DNA of 64,000 nucleotides from an uncultured Acidobacteriota bacterium. Its GTDB lineage: Bacteria; Acidobacteriota; Vicinamibacteria; Vicinamibacterales; UBA2999. The translations under genes were made by a program, and so were the position numbers. Location of the stretch: NCBI GenBank assembly GCA_963772065.1, contig CAVYVZ010000008.1, positions 421,645-485,644 on the forward strand. The letters are read 5' to 3'. Shown here in pieces: positions 31,949 through 41,231 of this stretch. Each line of letters opens with the position of its first letter. The first letter of the stretch is position 1. The notes beneath the pieces are model-generated. The model had not been told where the DNA came from and searched no databases. It worked only from the letters and a program-made list of their open reading frames with translations.

Positions 31949-34096
31949 TCACTCGATTTCAAAGCGTGCCTGCTGCGACGCGCTGGTGCCCGCAACGCGA
32001 TCGACGACGGTCACCTCGAGGGCGTAGCGGCCGGAAGGGAGATCGGCGAGCGAGAGATCTGCGGCGTACGGCACACCGCCGGATTCCGCCGTCGCCGCGG
32101 TCATCCTCGTCAGGCCAGTCTTGTAGATCGTTCGACTGTCCTGCAGAAGGTGCACTTGAATGGCGAGGTCCGGCTTCGAGTCGGAGGCTCCCCGGGCGGC
32201 GTTGTACGCGAAGACGAAGAGCCGTATCCCGGAGTTGCGCTGAAACCGGCTGCCGACGCTGATGTTTGCCAGCGCCGGCAGCTCATCGCCTGCCGTGGCC
32301 GCGGCGGCCCGCGGCGCGCCGACGATGATGCTGCTCAACGCGAGATCGCGGCCTGCCAGATTCGGAACTTCGATCCAGGAATGCGCGCTGCCGATTCGGC
32401 CGCTGCCTTCATCCCGCGCCGCGACCTGGACCCGATAGAGTCCCGGCTGGAGCAGGACCTGGTGGCTGTACCTGACATCGCCCCCCGGCCCGTTCGACCG
32501 CGTCACCCCTCCCCCGCTTACGGTGACCACCTCGTCGAACTGTCCGCCGCTCTGGCCGCGATCGTTGAAGATGATGCCGGCCACGCGAACCGCCGCGTTC
32601 TGCTTGCCGTCCTTCTCGCTGAACGAGAGGAACCCGCTCGGGATGCGCATCGAGGCTGTCAGCGTCAGCCCTCGCTCAGTAAGGAGATAGTTCACGTTCA
32701 CCGAGATGGGAAAGGCACGCTCGGGATACGGGCTGCTGATCGCTTCCTGCAGCGCGGACGCCGGCGCCGGTCGCGCCGGCTGTGCGTTCTTGCTCTTTGT
32801 CGCAATCGCGGGCTCCGGCTCGACGCCGAAGAAGCCTCGGCGCACGCGCACCATCAGGTCCGGCTTCCCGATCAACTTGATGTCGATCTGTCGAAACATG
32901 CCCGGCTTCGGCGCGTCGGCGTCCGGTTCCCACGCCACGACGTAGTACTCCGAGGTTTCTCGCAAGGCGTCCGACAGACCGGCGCCAAGCGCGTTCGTAT
33001 TGAGGATCGCTCGACCTCCGGTGTCTCTCGCGAGGGCGCCGAGGCTGTCCTGCGTGGCGCTCAACTCGCCCAGTGACACCCGAGCGAGCCGCCCCGAGAG
33101 GTCGAACGTCGGCGTGGCGCTCGGATCCAGGAGGCCAGCGACCAGGCCGCGCGCGTCGATGGCGTAGATCACGGTCCCCATGCGAGCCGCGGCGCTCGTG
33201 ATCCGCCGCATGTCGCCGCTCCCGCCGGAGTTGCCCGACAGGAATCCTCCCGAGAGAAAGAACACGAGCTTGCGCCCCGGGACCTTGCCCGAGGCGCGAA
33301 TGAGATTCTCCAGCCCGGATAGTGTATGCAGGGTGATCTGCTCCGCCTGCTGCATGAGCGCGCGCGAGCGCCCCCTCACCAGGGCTTCAGCCTGCGGAGC
33401 CATGATGCCGGGGTTGTTTCGCATCGTCTCCTGGACGAACACGGCCATGACGTCGCGATCGAACCTTTCGATCAGCAGGGCCTGGTATTCAGTCATCGGC
33501 GGACGATCGAGATCGCGAATGCGGCTGGGCTGCTGCTGGATTCGCCGCACCGCCTGACGGAGAACGGTCTTGTTGTCCGTGAGCTGCTGGAGAAAGCCGA
33601 CCTGGCCGCTGGCTGACGTAATGGCGACCTGGTCGTCCTGGCTCATCTCCTCTTCGACGAAGTCGAGAATGAGATCCAGCGTCGCAGTGAGGCCGGCGAG
33701 GTCGAGGTGCAGATCGTCGACGTAGAAGAATATGGTCCGTCCGCGATAGGACGCACTCGGCGTGACACCGCCTCGCCCCGGCGCGGGCGACCCGCGAGCG
33801 GCGGCAAGCTGCGACTCCTCGTTGGCGGCGCCGGCCGAGACGCGCTCGAAGAACTGGATCGGCCTGACCTTGCCATCGATGCGCAGCTCGAAGTCTCCGC
33901 GGCGCAGACCTTCGACGAACTTGCCGTCTCCGTCGAGCACCGTGACGTCGGTCTGCACCAGCTCGGTCGTCGCCCGGAATACCGGCCGCTGTTCCGACGC
34001 CGGCGATCCGGCGGGCGTTTGACCGATCGCTCCCGCCGGCGCGAGCAATGCGATCACGCCGACGAGCGCGAATTGTCTTGTGATGTCGTCGAACAT
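31949..34096 (-). CDS. Acidobacterial-type VWA domain protein
   Basis: PVFRATTELVQTDVTVLD...FVEGL...GRKLVFFLSGGF...IYAIDARGL...LARDTGGRA...YYVVAW. Confidence 0.85.
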   Translation of the reverse strand: MFDDITRQFALVGVIALLAPAGAIGQTPAGSPASEQRPVFRATTELVQTDVTVLDGDGKFVEGLRRGDFELRIDGKVRPIQFFERVSAGAANEESQLAAARGSPAPGRGGVTPSASYRGRTIFFYVDDLHLDLAGLTATLDLILDFVEEEMSQDDQVAITSASGQVGFLQQLTDNKTVLRQAVRRIQQQPSRIRDLDRPPMTEYQALLIERFDRDVMAVFVQETMRNNPGIMAPQAEALVRGRSRALMQQAEQITLHTLSGLENLIRASGKVPGRKLVFFLSGGFLSGNSGGSGDMRRITSAAARMGTVIYAIDARGLVAGLLDPSATPTFDLSGRLARVSLGELSATQDSLGALARDTGGRAILNTNALGAGLSDALRETSEYYVVAWEPDADAPKPGMFRQIDIKLIGKPDLMVRVRRGFFGVEPEPAIATKSKNAQPARPAPASALQEAISSPYPERAFPISVNVNYLLTERGLTLTASMRIPSGFLSFSEKDGKQNAAVRVAGIIFNDRGQSGGQFDEVVTVSGGGVTRSNGPGGDVRYSHQVLLQPGLYRVQVAARDEGSGRIGSAHSWIEVPNLAGRDLALSSIIVGAPRAAAATAGDELPALANISVGSRFQRNSGIRLFVFAYNAARGASDSKPDLAIQVHLLQDSRTIYKTGLTRMTAATAESGGVPYAADLSLADLPSGRYALEVTVVDRVAGTSASQQARFEIE

Positions 34097-34220
34097 GAAT
34101 ATTGAGGCATATATCAAATGCGCGAAGGGTTGCCAATCGGCCGATCCGGTTCCAATCGAGGGCGACGAATGCTAAGATGCCCGACAGATTCCATCGGCAA
34201 TCGAGACGAACCGGGGGGAG

Positions 34221-34787
34221 ATGATGCTCTACTGGTCGCGTAAAGGCGAAGTGGCGTGTCGTGATCACGCGCCGACGGCCGCGTCCGAGAAATGGACGGC
34301 CGAGGGCTGGCGACCGATTGTGCCTGCCGACGATCCACGTGTCCGCTATCAGTGCCAGCATTGCTCGCACCGGGCGATTCAGCACCGATCGCGCGCTTCT
34401 CGTCCGGACGAAGACGCCCCGCTCGTGCTCAATGTCGACGACCAGCCGGCCAACCTGTACGCGCGTGATCGCACGCTGCGCAAGCACGGTTTCACCGTGG
34501 CGAATGCCGACACCGGCCGATCGGCGCTCGATGTGGCACGGCGGCTGAAGCCGCAGTTGATTCTGCTCGATGTTCACCTGCCCGATATGGACGGCCGGGA
34601 GGTGTGTCAGAGGCTGAAGGCAGACGCCGAGCTCGGGGACGTTTCCGTGGTCCTCATTTCGGCCACGCTGCGAGGACACGTCAGCCAGCTCGAAACGGTG
34701 CAGTGGGCCAACGCCGATGCGTTCATCGCGGAGCCGGTCGAGCCGGAGGCGCTCGCCGCGACGCTGTGGAGGGTTCTGCGCGCCTGA
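34221..34787 (+). CDS. Response regulator receiver protein with N-terminal Cys/His-rich domain
   Basis: N-terminal CRDH...CQHC; receiver LNVDD...LLDVHLPDMDG...ISAT...IAEPVEP. Confidence 0.82.
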   Translation: MMLYWSRKGEVACRDHAPTAASEKWTAEGWRPIVPADDPRVRYQCQHCSHRAIQHRSRASRPDEDAPLVLNVDDQPANLYARDRTLRKHGFTVANADTGRSALDVARRLKPQLILLDVHLPDMDGREVCQRLKADAELGDVSVVLISATLRGHVSQLETVQWANADAFIAEPVEPEALAATLWRVLRA

Positions 34788-34788
34788 T

Positions 34789-36339
34789 TCAGCGGCGCAC
34801 GCGCTCCGTGAGCGATCCCGCAACGGCCCGCACGAGGGCGGCCGGATTCACCGGCTTCGCCACGTGGGTGTGAAATCCCCTATCGAGAATTCGACGACGA
34901 TCATCCGCGCTCGCGTACGCCGTGACGGCGATGGCGGGCATGCCGTAGCCGAGGGCGCGGACCCTCTCCAGCAATTGCAGTCCGTCCCACTCGGGAAGCC
35001 CTATGTCGCTCACCAGGACGTCGATCGGCTGATCGCGCAGCACTTCGAGCGCGCGCGTGGCGGACGGCACCGTCGTTGTCTTGGCGCCTGAGGACTCGAG
35101 CATCGCTGCGAGGAGATCGCGGGTCTCGGGCTCGTCCTCGACGATGAGCACGTTGATGTCCGTGAGCAGAGGATTCGCCGAACTCAAGGCGTCGAGCTGC
35201 TGCACGTCGGCGGCCTTCGGCAGCACGACGGTGAAGGTCGACCCGCGTCCGTGTCCCTCGCTGTAGACCGATACGGTGCCGTCGTGCAGTTCGACGAGCT
35301 GTCGAACGATGGCCAGCCCGAGCCCCATGCCGCTGTGCCTCCGATTGATCCCGCCCTCCGCCTGCCGGAACTGATCGAACACGTGCGGCTGAAAGACCGG
35401 ATCGATTCCGATGCCGGTATCTCTGACCTCGAGGATGGCGTGCGTGTCGTCGGTCGCAAGCGACACCGTGACGCGACCGCCGTCCGGCGTGAACTTCAAT
35501 GCGTTCGCCAGCAGGTTGCCGATGACCTGCTCGAGCCGTCCTTCGTCCCCGGTCACGATCGCGGATGTCGTCGACACATCCAGGTCGAGCCGCCTCCGCC
35601 TCGCTTCGTCCCGGACCGATTCCGCGGCACTCTCCACCAATGCCTGCACATCGATGACTCGCAGCTCGAGCTGCAACTTCCCTTTCGCGATCCGCGAGAC
35701 GTCCAGCAGGTCGTTGATGATCTGCGCCTGCAGGCGCGTGCTCCGGGCGAGCGCCTCGAGCGCGCGATCGCGCGCGGCGTCCGTGAGGTGTCCGCTTTGC
35801 AGCTGCCAGATCCACCCCATCATCGTGTTGAGCGGCGTGCGCAGCTCGTGCGAGAGGGTTGCGAGGAATTCATCCTTGACGCGATTCGCCGCTTCGGCCG
35901 CTTGCCTGGCGGTCCGCTCGCGGTCGACGGCGGCGGCGAGGGCTACTTCGGCCTGCCGCGTCCGGATCAGCGCGTTCACCGTGGCCAGCAGCAGCTGAGG
36001 GTGGACCGGCTCGGTGAGGTACACGTCGGCGCCTTGCTGCAGCCCTTGAATGCGATCGCCGTCGCTGACGGCCGTATTGGAGATCTGAAGCACCAGGACC
36101 GGCTGCGATCGCGCGTGCTCGCTCTTCAGCCGACGGCACACCTCGAAGCCATGAATGTCCGGAAGGTTGACGTCGAGCACAGCCACGTCCACTGCCTGCG
36201 CGCTGGCGATCTCGAGGGCCTCGGTGCCCGTCGCCGCCTCGAGGACGCGAAACCCTGCCCCCCGCAGCACCCTCGCCTTGACGTACCGTCCTGACTCCTG
36301 GTCGTCGACGACGAGAACCAGCGGACCGTCCGGCGTCAT
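34789..36339 (-). CDS. Hybrid histidine kinase (REC-HisKA-HATPase-REC)
   Basis: LVVDD...LDVNLPD; LSHELRTPLN; NLLANALKFT; GMGLGL; VSDIGLP. ATGA overlap with the upstream gene. Confidence 0.9.
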   Translation of the reverse strand: MTPDGPLVLVVDDQESGRYVKARVLRGAGFRVLEAATGTEALEIASAQAVDVAVLDVNLPDIHGFEVCRRLKSEHARSQPVLVLQISNTAVSDGDRIQGLQQGADVYLTEPVHPQLLLATVNALIRTRQAEVALAAAVDRERTARQAAEAANRVKDEFLATLSHELRTPLNTMMGWIWQLQSGHLTDAARDRALEALARSTRLQAQIINDLLDVSRIAKGKLQLELRVIDVQALVESAAESVRDEARRRRLDLDVSTTSAIVTGDEGRLEQVIGNLLANALKFTPDGGRVTVSLATDDTHAILEVRDTGIGIDPVFQPHVFDQFRQAEGGINRRHSGMGLGLAIVRQLVELHDGTVSVYSEGHGRGSTFTVVLPKAADVQQLDALSSANPLLTDINVLIVEDEPETRDLLAAMLESSGAKTTTVPSATRALEVLRDQPIDVLVSDIGLPEWDGLQLLERVRALGYGMPAIAVTAYASADDRRRILDRGFHTHVAKPVNPAALVRAVAGSLTERVRR

Positions 36340-38444
36340 GGCGCCACGCGTGCCACCGCGACCACCGAATGGATGGCGGCGTGAAGGCTGTCCCGCGTCA
36401 GGGCCGCCTTCGAGAGGATCGCGGTGTTTCCGATGCGCTGGAGATCTTCGGCGGACAGGCGCTGCGAGGTCACCATGACGATCGGAAGGCGCGCCGTCTC
36501 CGAGCGCTCGACGAGCCGCTGATAGACATCGATCCCCGTCATGTCGGTCAGACGCACGTCGAGGAGGATCACGTCCGGAGCGACCTCGCCGACCTTGTCG
36601 AGCGCTTCGCGCCCAGAGGCGGCCTCGACGACCTCGAAGCGCGTGTCGTTCAGCATCTCGCGAATGATGTACCTCGAAGCCTCCTCGTCGTCTACGGTCA
36701 GGACGCGCAGGATCTGACCGGCCGGAACCAGCGCTTCGAGCGTGTTGACCAGCCACTGCCGCGCGACCGGCTTCACGACGTAGGCATCGGCGCCGAGGGC
36801 AAGGCCCTTTCGCCGATCGTCCACGGTCGAGGCCACGATGACGGGCACGCGCGCCGTGGCTTCGTCACGTTTGAGCTTCGCGAGCAGATCCCACGTCTGC
36901 TGGCCGTGCATCCGGATATCCAGGATGATCGCCGCCGGTCGAATGGCCTCGAGCACGGCGACCGCCGCCTCGACCGAGCGCGCCGGAACAACTTGAAAGC
37001 GCGTCGACGCAAGCGCGCGTTCGTAGAGCAGCATGTCCTCGTCGGTGTCTTCGATGACGAGCACCGGAAAGCGATCGGGCGCGAGCGGGCCGAGCGCAAG
37101 GTGGGCGCGCTCGCGGTACGCCAGCGGCACGACCACCGAGAAGGTCGAGCCCGCACCGAGAGTGCTCTCCACGCTGATGCGGCCGCCCAGCAGCTCCGCC
37201 AGCCGCTTCGACAGCGGGAGGCCGAGCCCTGTCCCCTTGGTGCGCCGCTGGAGCGGGTTCTCGATCTGCACGAACTCGTCGAACACCCGCCCGACGTCCT
37301 GCTCGGGGATTCCGATGCCGGTATCGGACACCAGGAACTCGACGGCGTCGCGCGCCGGCGTCGGCCGTGCCGTCACGCGTATTTCGCCGTGCTCCGTGTA
37401 CTTCAGCGCGTTCGAGATGAAGTTGCGCAGGATCTGCGACACCTTGCTCTCGTCGGAGTAGATGGGCGGGACGTCGTCGGGCTCCTCGAAGACGAGTGAG
37501 AGGGACTGATTGACGAGGAGCGGGCGCAGCATGCCGCGCAGCGCGCCGAACAACCCGCTCACTTCGAACGTCGCAGGGCGAACCTCGGTCTTCCCCGCTT
37601 CGACCTTCGCGATGTCGAGCAGGTCATCCACGATCTGCGACAGCTGCTGCGCCGACTTGCGGATGTAGTAGACCTCGTCCTTCTGATCCTCGGTGGCTCC
37701 CAAGCGGTCCGCCAGAAGGCTCGTCAGGGCAAGAATGGAGTTCACCGGCGTCCGGAACTCGTGCGTCATGTTCGACAGGAACCGCGTCTTGAGCTCGTCG
37801 GCTCGTCGCAGATGGTCGGCCCGCTCGTCCAGCTCCGCGTAGAGCGCAACGACGCCGCGGTTGGTGTCTTCCAGCTCGCGATTGACCCGTTCCAGCTCCT
37901 CCTGGCGGGCCTGGAGCTGCTCGAGCGTGCGCAGCAGCTCCTGGTTCTGCTGCTGAACTTCCTCGATGGGACCGCGCGGCCGCTCCGTGGAGAGCCGATC
38001 CGCGATCTGCGTCAGCTCGCTGCGCCTGAGCAGAGCAGCACGGCGCGGCAGAATCTTCTTGAGGCTGACCGTCGTCCCGGTGGACGTCGACTGAATGTCG
38101 AAGTGATCCATGAGCCGGCGCGCGCCGACGATGCCAAGCCCCATTCCCGTTTCGGAACGATAGCGGCCTGAAAGGATGTCATCGAGATTCCTGATGCCCG
38201 CGCCCGAATCGCTCACCCGCACGATGAGCAGCTGTGGAGGCGCGGTGCCCTCCACCAGATAGTCCACACGCCCGCCGCCGGCATACGTGAAGGCGTTGCG
38301 CGCGATTTCCGATACCGCGGTGGCTATGCGCGTCTGCTCGGTTGCGTCGAAGCCGAGCGCGGCGGCAATCTGGCGGGCGCGCTGCCGGGCGCCGACGATG
38401 TCGTGCTCGTGATGGATGCGCACCGTCAGCAGTGGAGTGTTCAT
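36336..38444 (-). CDS. Hybrid histidine kinase with N-terminal RsbT-like domain and two receiver domains
   Basis: IATAVSEIARNAFTYAGGG; coiled coil; MTHEFRTPVN; NFISNALKYT; GTGLGL; two REC domains. Confidence 0.9.
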   Translation of the reverse strand: MNTPLLTVRIHHEHDIVGARQRARQIAAALGFDATEQTRIATAVSEIARNAFTYAGGGRVDYLVEGTAPPQLLIVRVSDSGAGIRNLDDILSGRYRSETGMGLGIVGARRLMDHFDIQSTSTGTTVSLKKILPRRAALLRRSELTQIADRLSTERPRGPIEEVQQQNQELLRTLEQLQARQEELERVNRELEDTNRGVVALYAELDERADHLRRADELKTRFLSNMTHEFRTPVNSILALTSLLADRLGATEDQKDEVYYIRKSAQQLSQIVDDLLDIAKVEAGKTEVRPATFEVSGLFGALRGMLRPLLVNQSLSLVFEEPDDVPPIYSDESKVSQILRNFISNALKYTEHGEIRVTARPTPARDAVEFLVSDTGIGIPEQDVGRVFDEFVQIENPLQRRTKGTGLGLPLSKRLAELLGGRISVESTLGAGSTFSVVVPLAYRERAHLALGPLAPDRFPVLVIEDTDEDMLLYERALASTRFQVVPARSVEAAVAVLEAIRPAAIILDIRMHGQQTWDLLAKLKRDEATARVPVIVASTVDDRRKGLALGADAYVVKPVARQWLVNTLEALVPAGQILRVLTVDDEEASRYIIREMLNDTRFEVVEAASGREALDKVGEVAPDVILLDVRLTDMTGIDVYQRLVERSETARLPIVMVTSQRLSAEDLQRIGNTAILSKAALTRDSLHAAIHSVVAVARVAP

Positions 38445-39454
38445 GCGGCCTCCCGAGCCACGACGACGGTCACGTCGTCGCGCTGGCGGCTGAAATCCCG
38501 GTACAGGACGGCTGCCACGAGTGCCGGCCGGCGCATGCGCAGTCCGGGATACGCATCCAGCGACCAATGCGAGGTGAGGCCGTCGGAGTGCATGACGAGC
38601 AGCGTGTCCGCGTCCCACGGATACGCATATTCCCGGAAGTGGCGCACCTGATGGCCGAGCGTGCCGTCCTGCGATACGGCGCGGCGCGTCGCGCCGCTGC
38701 CGTGCATCGACGCAGAAATGTTCCCCACGCCGGCAAACTTGAGCAGCGGAGGCGCCCGCTGGATCAGCGCAACGGCCACCGCCGCACCGCGGGTGTGGCG
38801 GATGCCGTCATGGACGGCCTCCAGCAGGGCGGTCGACCCGGCAAACACGCGGGACGAGGACGTGCTAATGGCAGCTTCGGCCGCATCCGCCGCACCGAGG
38901 CCATGGCCGAGACCGTCGGCAACGACGATGGCGGCCTCGTCGGGCCGCTGCTGTACGTGCCAGCTGTCGCCGCAGACGTCCTCACCAGGCTTTGCGACGG
39001 ACACCACGCCGATCTCGAACGCCTGCCGCGCCACACGCCGCGCGCGATTCATCCGCAGCCTCGCGAGCACGACCGTACCGCGGCCCACCGTCGAATAGAT
39101 GTCGAAGTCATCGGACAGGCGCTGAATCGCGCCCAGACCGTTCCCCGGCGATCCAGCCGTCGAGTGCCCATCGCTCAGACTCCGCCCGACGTCGGGGATG
39201 CCCGGCCCGCGGTCTATGGCGATCAGCTCGATTTCCGCGGGCTCCGCCGCCGACACGGTGCGGAGCAGGATCTCCCCGCCGCTCGAGTGTTTGACGAGGT
39301 TCGTCGCCAGTTCCGTCGCGACGAGACCAACGCGATGCCCGTCGGCTTCGTCGAAGCCGAGGCGATCTGCCAGTTCCCGCGCCGACGCCCTCGCCGCCGA
39401 GGGCTGGCTCGGCTCGCTCACGGCGACGGCCTGATGCGCCCTTCTCATTTCCAC
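38441..39454 (-). CDS. HATPase + SpoIIE/PP2C phosphatase (RsbX-like)
   Basis: ELATNLVKH...DRGPGI; VCGDSW...VADGLGHG...MHSDGL...DDVTVVV. Confidence 0.87.
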   Translation of the reverse strand: MEMRRAHQAVAVSEPSQPSAARASARELADRLGFDEADGHRVGLVATELATNLVKHSSGGEILLRTVSAAEPAEIELIAIDRGPGIPDVGRSLSDGHSTAGSPGNGLGAIQRLSDDFDIYSTVGRGTVVLARLRMNRARRVARQAFEIGVVSVAKPGEDVCGDSWHVQQRPDEAAIVVADGLGHGLGAADAAEAAISTSSSRVFAGSTALLEAVHDGIRHTRGAAVAVALIQRAPPLLKFAGVGNISASMHGSGATRRAVSQDGTLGHQVRHFREYAYPWDADTLLVMHSDGLTSHWSLDAYPGLRMRRPALVAAVLYRDFSRQRDDVTVVVAREAA

Positions 39455-39852
39455 CGTGTGATCGTGACCCGTGTTCCCTCCCCTGGCGCAGAGGTGATGG
39501 TGAATTCGTTTGACAGCCGTTTGGCGCCCGACAACCCGAGCCCCAGTCCGCCAGCCGTCGAGAAGCCGTCTCGCATAGCCTGCTGAATGTCCTCAATCCC
39601 CGGGCCGGCGTCCTCGAACGTCAGACGCAACCCGCGCCGGGAGCCGTCGTGAATGACTTCGATCACCGCCTTCCCGCCGCCGCCATGCATCAGCGCGTTG
39701 CGCGCGAGCTCGCTCGCGGCCGTCACGATCTTCGTCTGGTCGACCAGACTGAACCCTAGATCCACCGATCGCTGGCGGACCGCCTGGCGAACGATGACGA
39801 TGTGCTCTGAGCTCGCGATCGGAAGCGACTCAGAAGGCGCCAGTGCCAGCAT
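39445..39852 (-). CDS. rsbT: Stressosome switch kinase RsbT
   Basis: DQTKIVTAASELARN...FEDAGPGIEDIQQAMRDGFSTAGGLGLGLSGAKRLSNEF. Confidence 0.92.
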   Translation of the reverse strand: MLALAPSESLPIASSEHIVIVRQAVRQRSVDLGFSLVDQTKIVTAASELARNALMHGGGGKAVIEVIHDGSRRGLRLTFEDAGPGIEDIQQAMRDGFSTAGGLGLGLSGAKRLSNEFTITSAPGEGTRVTITRWK

Positions 39853-40216
39853 CGCGCTCAGCTGCCGCCGACCGGGACAACAGCTCCATTCCCTTTTCCA
39901 CGTCGAGCGCCGTACGCACCCCCGCCAGCGACATCCCGAGCTCGACGAGCGTGATGGCCACCGCCGGCCGCATTCCCACGACCACTGTTTCCGCGTCGAG
40001 CACCCTCGACATCGCGGCGATGTTCCCGAGCATCCGCCCGATGAAGGAGTCCACCATTTCCAGCGAGGAAATGTCGATCAGCACGCCATGCGCTCCCGTC
40101 GCCGCAATCCGCGACGTCAGATCGTCCTGCAGCTGAAGGGCGAGCTGGTCGTGCATGTCGACTTGAATCGACACGAGGAGGAACTCCCCCATCTTCAGGA
40201 TCGGGATCCGCTCCAC
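39830..40216 (-). CDS. rsbS: Stressosome STAS protein RsbS
   Basis: RIPILKMG...LIDISSLEMVDSFIGR...GMRPAVAITLVELG. Confidence 0.92.
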   Translation of the reverse strand: MERIPILKMGEFLLVSIQVDMHDQLALQLQDDLTSRIAATGAHGVLIDISSLEMVDSFIGRMLGNIAAMSRVLDAETVVVGMRPAVAITLVELGMSLAGVRTALDVEKGMELLSRSAAAERDAGTGAF

Positions 40217-40217
40217 G

Positions 40218-41120
40218 TCAGCGTTCCTGTCTCTTCGCTGCTGATTCGGCCGACCCCTGATTCGACCCGTTCTTCCGTATGACGCCGAGGCCCGCGCGCG
40301 CGAGCGCGATCGCAAACGCGTCGGCCAGCGTTGCCTTGGTGATCACCGAGTTGAGATCCACGCCAAGATGGACGATGGTCTGCGCGATCTGAGGTCTGAT
40401 GCCGCTGATGATGCAGTCGGCCCCCATCAGCCTGGCGGCCGCGACGGTCTTGAGCAGATGCTGGGCGACGAGCGTGTCGACCATGGGAACGCCCGTGATG
40501 TCGAGGATGGCGATGATCGATCCCGTGTCGACGATGCGCTGAAGCAGGCTCTCCATCACCACCTGCGTGCGGGCGCTGTCGAGCGTCCCGATGAGCGGCA
40601 GCGCCAGAATGCCGTCCCACAGCGTCACCACCGGGGTCGAGAGCTCGAGCATCTCCTGCTGCTGTCGAACGATCACCTGCTCGCGGGTCTTCTGGAATAC
40701 CTCCGTCGTGAACAACCCCAACGCGTCGAGCGTCGCGGTCGCCGTCCACGTTTCGTCGGCACGCGCCTGCGGATCGGGAACCTTCGCGCGGATGAGCGAG
40801 AAGATCGGTTGCTTCAGCGAAAAGACGAACGTGGCCGTCTCGATCGGGCTGAACCCCTGCTGCGCGCGCGACTGTGACACGCGCGCGAGAAGCTCGCGAA
40901 CGGGCGCCCATTTCGCGCCCTGTATGTCCGTGCCGGCGTCGTCGAGCGCGCGGGCAAACGCGTCGAGAAACTCCGATGACTGCTTCCGCAGCTCCGCGTC
41001 GTTCATGAGATCCCGCCGCATCGCGACGCTCTGCAGCTGGAGCGACATCCACTCGTTGAGCACGTCCTGCTGGCTCGCGCGGACGAGCGCCGACAGACGA
41101 GTGGAACTGACTTGTGTCAT
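40218..41120 (-). CDS. rsbR: Stressosome protein RsbR (N-terminal sensor + STAS)
   Basis: ELSTPVVTLW...PLIGTLDSARTQ...DITGVPMVDTLVAQHL...GIRPQIAQTIVHLG. Confidence 0.92.
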   Translation of the reverse strand: MTQVSSTRLSALVRASQQDVLNEWMSLQLQSVAMRRDLMNDAELRKQSSEFLDAFARALDDAGTDIQGAKWAPVRELLARVSQSRAQQGFSPIETATFVFSLKQPIFSLIRAKVPDPQARADETWTATATLDALGLFTTEVFQKTREQVIVRQQQEMLELSTPVVTLWDGILALPLIGTLDSARTQVVMESLLQRIVDTGSIIAILDITGVPMVDTLVAQHLLKTVAAARLMGADCIISGIRPQIAQTIVHLGVDLNSVITKATLADAFAIALARAGLGVIRKNGSNQGSAESAAKRQER

Positions 41121-41231
41121 GTCTCGATCTCCCAAAGGACTGATCACTATAGTCCATTGCCCGACGGCATTCAGTGTGCCGACCTCGTCCCCGATTCTCG
41201 GGCGTTCTTTCCATAACGATGAGACACGCTG

